Below are positions 18,450-28,218 of a DNA stretch of 45,469 nucleotides, piece after piece. The notes below the pieces were generated by a model. The model searched no databases. It saw only the letters and a program-made list of their open reading frames with translations, and was not told the origin of the DNA. The DNA comes from Gemmatimonadota bacterium (GTDB taxonomy: Bacteria > Gemmatimonadota > Gemmatimonadetes > Longimicrobiales > Gaopeijiaceae), in assembly GCA_039589315.1 (NCBI GenBank), contig JBDHHQ010000033.1:1-45469 (forward strand). The letters are read 5' to 3'. Within the stretch, counting starts at the first letter, position 1; each line of letters starts with the position of its first letter. The position numbers and the translations under genes are program-made.

Positions 18450-18796
18450 TTACCGATAGCCCTCAAACTCTTGTCCGGGTGCAATATTCGGATAGGCCTG
18501 CATGGACCCAGCCATTTCCCGCAATATCTGACCCATCGGTGCGTAGACCCACGAATACGCGAACAGAGCCCCCCTCATCAGGTCGTTGTCTTCTCCCGGA
18601 TCGTTCGCGACGTCGTAGACGGGAGGGAACAGGTGCGTCTGAACCGGTGCCCAGAGGCTCTCTACGGTCTTCAGATGGATCTTTAAGGTCCTCCACTTCA
18701 CCGAGAACAACTCATCGCCGATGTAGATCAGCTGATGGCCAGACCGGCACCCACCAGGAGTAGGGCTCGGGCCATCTTGTGCTTCGATTCGGACAC
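18450..18796 (-). pseudogene. Sulfatase pseudogene: signal peptide joined out of frame to the C-terminal ~95 aa
   Basis: AGGAG RBS plus GTG giving VSESKHKMARALLLVGAGLAIS*, abutting IYIGDELFSVKW...YDVANDPGE...YPNI. Confidence 0.65.
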
Positions 18797-19092
18797 TAGT
18801 TCTCCTAATCGCGAGGGTCGGGCATTGCAGCCCATCTTGGGAGAGAGCGACGCCACGCCCGACTTGGGATGGGTGGCCAGGAACCTGGGCTCGGCCACTT
18901 TGGGGGGTGGGTCGTTCGGAGGGCGAGCTGTACTCGCTTGGGCACGAAGAAGGAAACCGTGCGCGCCCGGAAACACAAGGCCCCCTCCTACAGGCTCTGC
19001 TACACACCCTTTGATCCTAGCTCGCGTCACCCGATAGTGTCATTCCATCTTGCCTTGCTGGCTCATGGAGACCTCAGGCAAGGGGAACAGCC

Positions 19093-19330
19093 ATGCCGGG
19101 CCTTCGGGACGGTTCTTCGGTTCGCGGGCGTCGCGAGGAAGGGACGCTGTCGGAGTGGCTGTACGAAGTGCTCGAGCCTCACGTGGAGGAGCTGGTGGTG
19201 GCGGGGGTTCGGGAGAGCCGGGGTCCGAAGAGCGACAAGGTGGATGCGTTCGAACTGGCGGAACAGCTCCGGGTCGGATCGCTGGAGACGATGGGCCATT
19301 CCGTGCGAAAGCCGCAGGCGCTGAGGAGAT
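19093..19330 (+). mobile_element. IS110 family recombinase remnant
   Basis: EEGTLSEWLYEVL...KSDKVDAFELAEQLR, part of the DEDD/RuvC-like domain. Confidence 0.75.
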
Positions 19331-19429
19331 GTCAACGGGGTCGGCATCCTGGCGACATAGACTTCGGCCCCCAGTCCAGCCGCGATCCACACGTCCACGG
19401 CGAACCGTCTCGAGCCCAGCGGGACGGCC

Positions 19430-19645
19430 TCAGGCCAGGAACCACTTTCCACAACTCCGGCACCAGACCGTTCCGCCGCCCTTGATCCTCGCCAGCGTAT
19501 GCCCGTCGGTTGCCCCGCAGTTGGGGCACGGAGGCGGAGCCGGACACGACGGGTTCGAGCAACGATCCAGCGTTGTGACTGTCGGACCTTGCTGGCGGCT
19601 CTCCACGATCAGACCAAGGCGACACCTCGGGCACGTACGGGCCAT
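19430..19645 (-). CDS. Small double zinc-ribbon protein (71 aa)
   Basis: CPRC...CSNPSC...CPNC...CRSC; purine-rich RBS. Confidence 0.5.
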   Translation of the reverse strand: MARTCPRCRLGLIVESRQQGPTVTTLDRCSNPSCPAPPPCPNCGATDGHTLARIKGGGTVWCRSCGKWFLA

Positions 19646-19855
19646 GGCGGGTTCCCTTCCCTTGCTGTGGCGGGCAGCATGGGGGGGCTGGACCTCCAAG
19701 GTAGGCCATGCCCTGGCCCGGCGCATCCAGGGCGCGACGCATGCCGGGACGTGCCTCGAGTTTCTAGAGCATGACTCTCGCGATCAACGCACAGATTCCT
19801 GGGTGGACCCGAGCTGGGGAGCAGTCGCGATCCTGCAAATGGATTGGGCTTGGAG

Positions 19856-20632
19856 ATGACTCTCAGGGTCTTGTCGCTGGCCGCGTTCATCTCTCTCCTC
19901 GGACCCTCTCCGGCCCGGTCCCAGGAGTCGATCGCTCAGCGGGGCCTCTACGACTCGGGCATCTCCGTCGCCGTTGGAACTGGACGATACTCGGTCCGAG
20001 ACGAGTACATCTCGACAGAGAGGTATTCGGGCACCCTCCCTTATACTGAGGTGTCGTGGACTCGATTCGGTGAAAGCCGCGGCTTCAAACTCGGCGTGGG
20101 GTTCCGTACCGGCGGAGAGGTGAAGAACCACAGGCTCTCCACGTCTGTCACCGCAGCGTCACTGGACCTCGAGTACTACTACCGCCTGGGTGGCTTCAGG
20201 CTCTTCGGCAAACCGGCTTCGGTCTTCATGGGTCCTTCGACAGGGATCACCGTATATACCAGCGACCAGAATATCGCCAGCAATGGACTCGACCTCACCG
20301 TCTCCTTCGCCGCGCTGTTCTCTGTCGGGGCCGCCTCCGGGATCGTCCTCCCCCTGTCTCCGAGACTGGTCGCCAGCACGGATTTGCGGCTCGACCTCCT
20401 CTCGATCGGCTTCAGAATCGTCGATCTGGTCGAAAACGACGAGTCCCCAGTCAAGGTCCTTACCGGCCTGCACGCCACCAGTGCCGTGGCGCGGCTTGGA
20501 GTCCGGTACGACCTCCACGAGCGCCTCAATGTGGGTCTCCGGTACGAAGCCCAGATGATGCGCATCAGCTCCTGGGACTACCTGGGCGCGGCCAGCGACA
20601 ACCTGATCCTGGCGTTGACGCTCCGGATCTGA
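19856..20632 (+). CDS. Exported/outer-membrane beta-barrel-like protein
   Basis: Signal peptide ARS/QE, amphipathic strands, lies just before an S41 peptidase. Confidence 0.65.
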   Translation: MTLRVLSLAAFISLLGPSPARSQESIAQRGLYDSGISVAVGTGRYSVRDEYISTERYSGTLPYTEVSWTRFGESRGFKLGVGFRTGGEVKNHRLSTSVTAASLDLEYYYRLGGFRLFGKPASVFMGPSTGITVYTSDQNIASNGLDLTVSFAALFSVGAASGIVLPLSPRLVASTDLRLDLLSIGFRIVDLVENDESPVKVLTGLHATSAVARLGVRYDLHERLNVGLRYEAQMMRISSWDYLGAASDNLILALTLRI

Positions 20633-20648
20633 GGAGGGGGGGCGAGTC

Positions 20649-21692
20649 ATGACGCGGATCGGTACGATCTTGCTGGTTTGCTCCTCTGCCGTCGTCGGGT
20701 GTAAGGGGATGATTACCGGCACGTCGGCAACCGGCCACAACGTCTCGGACTTCGAAGCCACTTGGGCCTGGGTAGATTCCCTTTACCCTGCTTTGGAGAT
20801 GAAGGGGATCGACTGGGACGCGGTCTACTCGATGTACCGGCCCCGGGCGGAGGCTGCCCGGGGTGACGAGATCTTCCAGGTTCTGCACGACCTGGTGGAG
20901 CTTCTGGAAGACACGCACGCCTTCCTGCAGACGGCCGGCGGGGCGGTTGTTCACCCTCATGTGACCCGCCGGTTTCTCCGCGATCGACAGGCATTCAGCC
21001 CACACCTGGTCCGAGAGTATTTCTCGGACGAGCTGTTGGTGTCCCCGAATCACGTCTTCGAATATCAGGTCATGGACGGGAACGTGGGCTATCTGCGAAT
21101 CGCGACCTTCGATCCGGGGAACATGATGGACGACCTTCCAACGGCGATGGAGTACGTGAGGAATACCGACGCCCTCATCGTCGACATTCGGAACAACAAC
21201 GGGGGACAGAGCGAGAACGTGGACGGCGTCGTGAGCCGGTTCATCGAGTCTCCGGTAGTCTGGATGGATGCCTTCGAGCAGGACGGCGTGCCCTTCGAGC
21301 CATGGCCGCCTATCGAGCCGGATGAGAGCCAATACACGTATACCAATCCCATCGCCATGCTCATCAACGGAGCCGCCATGAGCTCCGGGGAGTTATTCCC
21401 GGAGCTCATGAAGCAACTCCCCTCCGTAACGGCCGTGGGCGACACGACTGCGGGCAGCGCCTGCAACGACTTCCACGATGTTCCTGGCGATCTCCGCCTG
21501 GACAGCGGCAGGCGGGTCCACATCCCCACGGGTTGCGTCGGGCGTTACGACGGCGAGCTGATCGAGCGGAACGGCGTCCCCCCGGACATCCATGTGCCCA
21601 TGACGGTCGCCGACATCGAACAGGGGCGCGATGTGCAGCTGGAGGCCGCGATCCAGGTGTTGGCGGACTCAGGCTGGGCGACGGAGGGATAG
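20649..21692 (+). CDS. S41 family peptidase, lipoprotein (tricorn C1-like plus catalytic domain)
   Basis: VVGC lipobox, DIRNNNGG, AMSSGE, VGDTTAG, GVPPDI. Confidence 0.88.
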   Translation: MTRIGTILLVCSSAVVGCKGMITGTSATGHNVSDFEATWAWVDSLYPALEMKGIDWDAVYSMYRPRAEAARGDEIFQVLHDLVELLEDTHAFLQTAGGAVVHPHVTRRFLRDRQAFSPHLVREYFSDELLVSPNHVFEYQVMDGNVGYLRIATFDPGNMMDDLPTAMEYVRNTDALIVDIRNNNGGQSENVDGVVSRFIESPVVWMDAFEQDGVPFEPWPPIEPDESQYTYTNPIAMLINGAAMSSGELFPELMKQLPSVTAVGDTTAGSACNDFHDVPGDLRLDSGRRVHIPTGCVGRYDGELIERNGVPPDIHVPMTVADIEQGRDVQLEAAIQVLADSGWATEG

Positions 21693-21928
21693 TGCGCGAG
21701 GAGCGGTGGTGCCCGTCAGGAATGGTCCGACTGTCCGTGGCGGCGTTGCTTCTCGGCGCCCCGGTCGCTCAGCCGGCTTCGGGGCAAACGCTTCACTGGG
21801 GCCCCGCCTTGGGCTCACACTGAGCGGGATCCGCTACGAGGACCCGGCAACGTCCAACCAAATGGAGGTTCGTTCAGGCCTGCACCTGGGAGGCTCGGTG
21901 GCCAAGGACCTGGGCGGGCACTTCGCCG
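21693..21928 (+). pseudogene. 5' fragment of a porin/OMP beta-barrel gene (frameshifted, truncated)
   Basis: Signal peptide, then WGP(RL)GLTLS...GLHLGG; ends abruptly at a junction with a serine-hydrolase fragment. Confidence 0.5.
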
Positions 21929-22291
21929 CCTCGCGATCTGGCCAGGCTGGGGCAGCTCTATCTGGATGGAGGGCGGTGGGCCGGCAGGCAGATCGTGCCT
22001 GCTAATTGGATCGAGGCCTCGTTCCGGCCCTGGATGGACACGGACCTGCGCAACACGAGGTACGGGTTCCAGTGGTGGATGCTTCCGCTGGAGCGACCCG
22101 GGGGAGCCGAAGACCTCGGCGGCGTTCCGTTCGCGTCAGGCTACGGAGGGCAGAAGCTGTTCGTGATCCCCGAGTATGACCTGGTGGTGGTGTTCTTCGG
22201 CTGCACGACGGGCGGCTACGATTGCGGAATCGGTGATTCGGTGCCGGAAGCCGTGATGTGGAACTATGTCCTCAACGGAATCCGGGAGTAG
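21929..22291 (+). pseudogene. 3' fragment of a beta-lactamase-family serine hydrolase
   Basis: PRDLARLGQLYLDGGRWAGRQIVPANW...YGFQWW...ASGYGGQKLFVIPEYDLVVV; no SxxK N-terminal half. Confidence 0.8.
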
Positions 22292-22557
22292 CTCCGAGCA
22301 GCCGGGCCGTCAGGGCATGGCGTACGGCCGGTTCCATGATCATGCCGACTGACCCCAGCCGACCATTCCTCGATCTCGGACCGAGGCCATCGAAGATCCA
22401 CCAGGGTGAGGGGCACCGATGCGCAGGATCGGCACGTTCGGGTTGGCGTCTCTCGCAGCGCTCGCCGGTAGCTCATGCTCGGACGACTCCACGTCACCGG
22501 GGACGTAGAGGACGGCTCTGCTCGACGTGATTCCCCCTGGCGGGGCCCCGGGCGCGC

Positions 22558-22836
22558 AGCTTTCCCGATGCGATCCTCAGCAGAGCGACCCTAGTCCGAA
22601 CGAATCTCTCGGAGGCCACGCTCAACGAGTGCCAGGTCTACGGCCTCTCAGCATGGAACGTCGAGGCGCCACCTCCTGAAGACATGCGGAATCTGCGGGT
22701 CACACCTCCCAGCGAACCCGCAGTCACCGTAGACATCATCGAGGTGGCTCAGTTCGTCGACCGGCTGCTTAACAACGAGAAGATCCGAGACGTAGGTTGT
22801 TCTTCGGCGTGGGCGGACGGTGACATCCACTGCTGA
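22558..22836 (+). pseudogene. Pentapeptide-repeat protein fragment
   Basis: DAILSRATLVRTNLSEATLNECQVYGLSAWNV...VTVDIIEVAQF...LLNNEKIRDV; no start codon. Confidence 0.65.
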
Positions 22837-22879
22837 GCCTCTCTGGTTGCGAAAGGAACAGTTGCGAAAGGAAGAGACC

Positions 22880-23542
22880 ATGCCTCAGCGAATCCGGGCA
22901 AACCGTGGATCTCGGGCCCGTCGAGCCATCCTCGGAGTGGCCCTCGCGGCCCCGTGGCTCGCCTCGCCCGGCCCCGTCCACGGTCAGGAGTGGAGGGTCC
23001 GCGGCGCGGGCTATTTCTGGCTCGCCGGCGTCGAAGGAACGACAGGATCGCCCTCGCCGAGATCCCTACGGACATTCCCGTCGGCGAAATACTCCAGTAC
23101 GTGAACCTCGCGGACTCCGGACGACTGGAGGTACTTGGCAATCGGTGGCTCTTCTCGGCCGACGTGTTCTTCGTGAGCCTGGGTGAGACGGTCGAGGTCC
23201 CCTTGATCGGCGACTTCGAGCTCACGACCCGGCAGTTCATCGGCGAAGCTACGGTCGGGTACGAGGTGAGCCCGGGCCTCAGACGGGTTCGTGGGTGTAG
23301 AGTACCGGGCCGACCTCGGCTCCCGCTGGCTCCTCTCCCTACGCGGTGACGTGAGCGCCGGTGGATCCGACTTCTCGTGGTATGCGAACGCCGCAGTCGG
23401 CTACCGTCTGGGCAAGTCGACGGCGGTGGCGGTGGCGTATCGGATCCTCAGCGTCGACTACGAGTCCGGGACGGGCCTGGAGCGCCGGAAGTACGATGTC
23501 GTGACCAACGGCTTCGCGCTGGGCCTCGCGTTCGGGTTCTGA
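22880..23542 (+). pseudogene. Outer-membrane beta-barrel pseudogene split over three frames
   Basis: Signal plus EWRVRGAGYFWLAGVEG; middle part in ORF 22954; C-terminal RGDVSAGGSDFSW...YRILSVDY...GLAFGF. Confidence 0.7.
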
Positions 23543-23566
23543 AGTCGGCGAATCGCGGTCCATGTT

Positions 23567-23857
23567 TCAGATCGGGAATTGCCGGTGCGTCTCGCACTTG
23601 CACCGCTTGGAGCCTGGGTCCGGGCATCTTCGGATCATCTCGACGAGCTTGTCGCACTCCTGCCGCTTGATCCAGGTGGGGCCCAGCGTGTATTCGAGCC
23701 CGAGGAATCTGTCGATGAAGATCTTCCGCGTATAGACGTCGCAGGACGTGCAGAACCAGTAGGCGTACGTGTGCTCGTCGCCAATCACCTCGACGGATAT
23801 CTGGTCTGAGTTTTCGTGACCGCCGAGGTCGGCACCGCACTTTGCGCAGGATACCAC
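23567..23857 (-). CDS. Cys-rich hypothetical protein (probable Zn binding)
   Basis: GGAGG RBS plus GTG; CAKC, CTSC, RC...CKCETH. Confidence 0.65.
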   Translation of the reverse strand: MVSCAKCGADLGGHENSDQISVEVIGDEHTYAYWFCTSCDVYTRKIFIDRFLGLEYTLGPTWIKRQECDKLVEMIRRCPDPGSKRCKCETHRQFPI

Positions 23858-24229
23858 AGCTCACCTCCCTGATGTTGATCGTGAGGGTCGGAGCGGGGAT
23901 TACCGTCTGCACGGACCCAGAACTCGTGACTCGGCCAGGTAGACCGTGGCCTTCCCTCGCCGAACTCACGCTCGATGCCGGTGGCGCCATCCTCAGCAAC
24001 GCGCAGGCCCTGCGCCGACTCCTGATTCGTCGAATCGGGCCGCACCAGCCGGACCATGGGCATACCCTTGGCGTTGAGGTTGGACGCGATTGCGCACCTC
24101 GAGTTCCGCCATGGGGACGCCAACGCAGGTGACGGTCGAGTATCGAGACGGCAAGCTCCGGGATCGCACGGAGCAGCGCCAGGCGGAGATCGAAGCCCGG
24201 CGGACGCGCGCGGAGGTCGCCCACCTCTC

Positions 24230-24374
24230 GCGGGTGGCCCTGAAGAATCGCCCCCACGCTCAAACAATGTACGGCGTATGGAACCCGTCCGGCGTTGCGG
24301 GTTTGCTCGGCGTGAGCCTTGACGACCAAGTCGCTCATCGCCTGATTGGCCGCGCCATGGTCTTGGGGCATCAT
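24230..24374 (-). pseudogene. N-terminal fragment of an HD-domain (SpoT/Mesh1-like) hydrolase
   Basis: KAHAEQTRNAGRVPYAVHCLSVGAIL; the similarity stops before the HD motif. Confidence 0.6.
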
Positions 24375-24491
24375 GTACCATCCTGGAATAGGCTGCGGAG
24401 CCCTCGTCGCCCGCGGAGGGCGTTGAGGGTGACCGAAAGCAGCAGCGCGCTCACCCGATCGCGTTTTTCGATCTTGATCTTCCTCACACCG

Positions 24492-24974
24492 TCACCCGTT
24501 AGGAAACCGCACAGAGGGAATAGAGTCGTCACAACTGCCAATCGGCTGCACGACCACCGATGCCGAGACTTCACCGGCTAGCGGATCCCAATGCGTGAGG
24601 GCGGCTTCTCGAGCAGCGCATTCGGCCAGTGTTTCGGCGGCAACGTGGGGCGTGAGTGCAAGCGGTGCCGCACGGTGTGCGGGGTTACAACCGGCGGTTC
24701 GTTCTCCGGATTCGACGTGAACGTGTCTCGACGCTTCTTCGATCGGAGTCCCCGCCGCGGCGAGCGCGAGTACCTTCGCTGCAGTGGGTCCGGTGTGAAA
24801 GGCTCCCTCACGCCACCATTGAGAATACCGGGCGGCAATGTGGTCGAGGTCGAATCGACGGCAATCCAGCAAGCTCTCGGCGACCCGTATCACCATGTTG
24901 ATTGGGCCACCGATGCGATCGCCGGCCGCTAGGCCTACTAACACGCCTCGGACTCTGTCGCGCACGTGCCGCAT
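24492..24974 (-). pseudogene. ADP-ribosylglycohydrolase, C-terminally truncated
   Basis: DRVRGVLVGLAAGDRIGGP, TAGCNPAHRAAPL, EAALTHWDPLA; only ~140 aa of similarity. Confidence 0.75.
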
Positions 24975-24983
24975 CGTCGTGCG

Positions 24984-25478
24984 CTACTGCGTCACGACGC
25001 GAAAGACCATCAAGCCGCGGGCGAAGCCGAGGGTCGCATTGGGCCCCTGGTGCCACTGCAACTCGTCACGAGACAGGTTCATGTTGTCCAGAACTTCGGC
25101 CAAATCCTTACTCGCTGCGATCTCTGCGACCTCAGGCAGCCTGTCCGCCCAGACGGCCAGGTCCGCGGGCGCCGCGCGTATCCAGCCAACGACCTCCCAA
25201 TCCGAGGGACCTGGTACGAGGCCAGAGGAGTTGTCGTGGACCCACCCGTCATAGAAGATCTCCAGGGGCTCAACGCGAATCCGGAGAAACCGGTCAAGCT
25301 CTGCCTTCTGAGCGGCCAGGTCCTTGCCTTCAGATGTGAGCGCCAGGGATCCGCTCGGCGCCGGCGAACACGACCAACTCAGAATGATCGCGGAGATCAG
25401 CCAAGAAGTCCTCGTGAGTTGCGGGGACCTGGGCTCAGCCGATGGCGGACGGCGCCGTCTCTCAATCGAGGAGGTCAT
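24984..25478 (-). CDS. Hypothetical protein, possible lipoprotein (start uncertain)
   Basis: Hydrophobic stretch ending in SWSC, NSSGLVPGPSDW motif. Confidence 0.5.
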   Translation of the reverse strand: MTSSIERRRRPPSAEPRSPQLTRTSWLISAIILSWSCSPAPSGSLALTSEGKDLAAQKAELDRFLRIRVEPLEIFYDGWVHDNSSGLVPGPSDWEVVGWIRAAPADLAVWADRLPEVAEIAASKDLAEVLDNMNLSRDELQWHQGPNATLGFARGLMVFRVVTQ

Positions 25479-25692
25479 CCAAAGATCCGTCGTGGTCGCG
25501 GAATCCCCCGGTTCCTCCTGGTCCCTCCGAAGTCCTCCAGTCAAAGTACCAGGCGAAACCAATGAGCATCGCAACGGCGACAAGGGCTAGGACCCAGCCC
25601 TCCAGAAATGTACCGGCGACCAACACTCCCACCAGCCAAAGAGGGCCTGACAGGCAACCCCTTCCAAAGGACGGTCTTCCCTCCGATGTCAT
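25462..25692 (-). CDS. Small membrane protein
   Basis: Two hydrophobic segments and an acidic tail. Confidence 0.45.
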   Translation of the reverse strand: MTSEGRPSFGRGCLSGPLWLVGVLVAGTFLEGWVLALVAVAMLIGFAWYFDWRTSEGPGGTGGFRDHDGSLDDLLD

Positions 25693-26386
25693 TCGTCTCT
25701 TCCGGGCCACGCGCAGGAATCTCTCCGACAGGGGTAAGCGGTGACGCTCTGCGAATCTCCGGCAACAAATGACAGCGGGCAAGAATCGCGACCCCAAGTT
25801 GGCCCGATGGGGTATTGTCCATTTCCCCCAACGCCAACAGAAGCTGGGCCAGCGCCTCCTCGAAGACGTGACTCGACAGCGAGCCGTCTTCTTCCATTCT
25901 TACCACTCGGGTCGTGTCGCCGATAGAGACGCGCACGTCGCCCTCTTCACCATACCATTCCGCCGTGGCGATCTTGGTTTCGCCTGCGACAGTCAGCTCG
26001 AAGAACACTTCGTCGTCGGTTTCCACGGACTTGCGCGCAATCAGGTAGCATCCAAGCTCACTGACGTCGCGAAGGAGGGCATTCTTTGCCTTGCTCGGGT
26101 CTTTGAGCGCGGCCCACCCGTGGAGGACCAGTGCCTGCCGACTGCCTTTCTTCTCCTCGTTCGCGGGAATCCTCGCGTCGGTGCCTGGATCGCTGAGAGC
26201 CTCCATGGCCCTTTTCATGAGCAACCGACCTCGATTCTCTAACCAATCCGCGCTGTGGAGCGTCCACAATCCCCGTTCGACGGCCTGGCTCGATAGCGAC
26301 CCGTCCTGGTCGAGCTGCACGACGTGCTCTTCATTGCCGACGGAGAACCGAACCTCGCCCTCGTCAGTATGCCATGTCGCCCTCAC
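25541..26386 (-). CDS. Hypothetical protein with an internally duplicated ~45-aa module (ends uncertain)
   Basis: ATWHTDEGEVRFSVG...DGSLSS versus AEWYGEEGDVRVSIG...DGSLSS. Confidence 0.5.
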   Translation of the reverse strand: MRATWHTDEGEVRFSVGNEEHVVQLDQDGSLSSQAVERGLWTLHSADWLENRGRLLMKRAMEALSDPGTDARIPANEEKKGSRQALVLHGWAALKDPSKAKNALLRDVSELGCYLIARKSVETDDEVFFELTVAGETKIATAEWYGEEGDVRVSIGDTTRVVRMEEDGSLSSHVFEEALAQLLLALGEMDNTPSGQLGVAILARCHLLPEIRRASPLTPVGEIPARGPEETNDIGGKTVLWKGLPVRPSLAGGSVGRRYISGGLGPSPCRRCDAHWFRLVL

Positions 26387-26416
26387 GGCCCTGGGCGCCC
26401 CGTCGATGATCCTATC

Positions 26417-26448
26417 GCCCGGTCAGGGACCGGTGTATCTGACCGGGC
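26417..26448. terminator. Hairpin downstream of the Vgb-family gene
   Basis: 10-bp stem GCCCGGTCAG / CTGACCGGGC; no U-tract. Confidence 0.35.
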
Positions 26449-26555
26449 TCGGGAACGCGTTGATCCGGCTGAACCGGTAGGGGGGCCGAGGCGCACCACT
26501 CCCACGAGTCGCTGGCCACCTGGTTCAAGGAGTTCCGGGGGCCGATGGCGTAGCT

Positions 26556-27788
26556 TTACTGCTGACTCGTCAAACGCCTCCTCGGGATTGTCACGAGTCC
26601 GATCCGGTTCGAGCTCGTCTGGTGAATGAGGAGGTTCCCGTCCTCGGTCACCCACATGTTCCGGACGATGCCGTACCCGGAGGGTATCTGCCAGCTCTGG
26701 AACTCCTCGGTCTCCGGGTCGAAGCGGACGAGCGCGTCCGGTCGCATCCCTGATTCGTTGTACCAGATCACGTCGTCGACGATGGCGAACGCGTACGGGT
26801 GCGAGGTCGGCCCGCTGGGAGACGGCCACTCTTTGATCTCACCGGTCTCGGGGTCGAGGCGGCCGATCCGGCCCATGGTGGAGTTCCCATACCAGATCGC
26901 GCCGTCGCTGGCCACGTCGAGTCGGCGGATGCGCGACCGCTCGTCGGGAACCTCGTAGTAGCGGACGTCCATCGTCTCCGGGTCCAGAGCACCGAGCTTG
27001 TTGGTGCCGTTGTAGGCCACCCAGACCGTTCCCTGCGCATCGACCTTGATCCCGTACGGCCGTGGCTCGGTGGCGACCTCGGTGAGCTCGCCCGTGGCCG
27101 GGTCCAGCCGACCCAGCATCGCCGCCCCCTGGGCGGTGAAGTAGAGCTTGCCGTTGGGATGGAAGACGGCCGTGTGTGGATCACGGGCCTCGGTCTGGTA
27201 CTCGACGACCGCTCCGGTGGTTGGGTCCAACTTGCCGATGGTCGAGTTGCTGTTGCCGGTGTACCAGATGTTGCCGTCTTCGTCCGGGAGAATCTGGTGG
27301 GGTCGTGCCTCTCTCGGGAGCCGGAACTCCTCCATCTCGCCCGTAGCAGGATCGAGGCGACCCGCGAGGCTCGCCCACATCCCGGTCCACCAGATCGAGC
27401 CATCCGGTGCCTCGATGGGGTCACGCGAGCGCTGGCCGAGGGTTGGGACCATCCACTCGGTGATCTCGATCTCGAAATCACCGCCCACCAGGGTCGGAGC
27501 GCGCTCCGTGGTCGAGGGGTAGTGAGTGGCCAGGTAGTTGGCCACGCGCTGGGCCTGGGCGTCCGGCAGATCCACCATCGTGCTCATGAGGTCCAGCCAC
27601 CCCGCGGCGTCGTACCCGGTGGAGCGACCGATATTACGGAGGCCGTGGCAGGTCGTGCACGCGATCTCCACGACGTCCTTGCCCTCGCCGTCGGGTAGGC
27701 CCTCTTGGGCGCTGCCACGCTGGGCGGCGAGGGGAGCCGGCAGATACACAAAGGTCACGAGAAGCGACGCCAACAAGACTGTCCTCAT
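26556..27788 (-). CDS. Vgb (virginiamycin B lyase)-like beta-propeller with an N-terminal cytochrome c domain, exported
   Basis: Signal peptide, CTTCH heme motif, repeated DG.IW...GRLDP.TG blades. Confidence 0.85.
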   Translation of the reverse strand: MRTVLLASLLVTFVYLPAPLAAQRGSAQEGLPDGEGKDVVEIACTTCHGLRNIGRSTGYDAAGWLDLMSTMVDLPDAQAQRVANYLATHYPSTTERAPTLVGGDFEIEITEWMVPTLGQRSRDPIEAPDGSIWWTGMWASLAGRLDPATGEMEEFRLPREARPHQILPDEDGNIWYTGNSNSTIGKLDPTTGAVVEYQTEARDPHTAVFHPNGKLYFTAQGAAMLGRLDPATGELTEVATEPRPYGIKVDAQGTVWVAYNGTNKLGALDPETMDVRYYEVPDERSRIRRLDVASDGAIWYGNSTMGRIGRLDPETGEIKEWPSPSGPTSHPYAFAIVDDVIWYNESGMRPDALVRFDPETEEFQSWQIPSGYGIVRNMWVTEDGNLLIHQTSSNRIGLVTIPRRRLTSQQ

Positions 27789-28218
27789 CTCTCCCTCCTC
27801 ACATCGCGGCTACGGGCCCGGTCACCGATGCGACCATCGGCCCCAACGACGTCACAGTAGGAGGGCGGTTGGGCCCTGGACAGGTCGGAAGTTGCCGGAT
27901 CTACGGCGCCGTGCGGGGCGTGGCCACCATCGCGCCTGCCGGGTAACGCGTCTGGGCCGTGTCAAAGGCCAGCTGCGCCGCCGACAAGCCCACGCCTTCA
28001 TTCGCGCCCGGATGACTGCGGAGAGGGGTACACGAAGACCGGGACGGCCGCGGCTTGCGACGATCCCGGGAACTTCCCACATGATTGCCGCGAATGCGCG
28101 GAGCGCTAGAATTCGGGATCCGCCTCGCCATGGCATAGTTGGAAGCCGGCGCCGCGTGAGTCCCGGGCTGGCGGGACAGCTCGTGGTGGGACCGCCGGAC
28201 TCCCAGCCTGCCCCGCGA

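Noticed and set aside
22846..22873. Tandem GTTGCGAAAGGAA repeat with a 15-bp period
   Set aside because: Only two copies, before a pseudogene; a slippage duplication cannot be told from an operator.
28066..28084. Inverted match to the att-arm motif TCATGTGGGAA...TCCCGG, and a weak GTGCGAAAACCCCGC at 43169-43183
   Set aside because: Too short and lacks the other arm motifs; may be chance.
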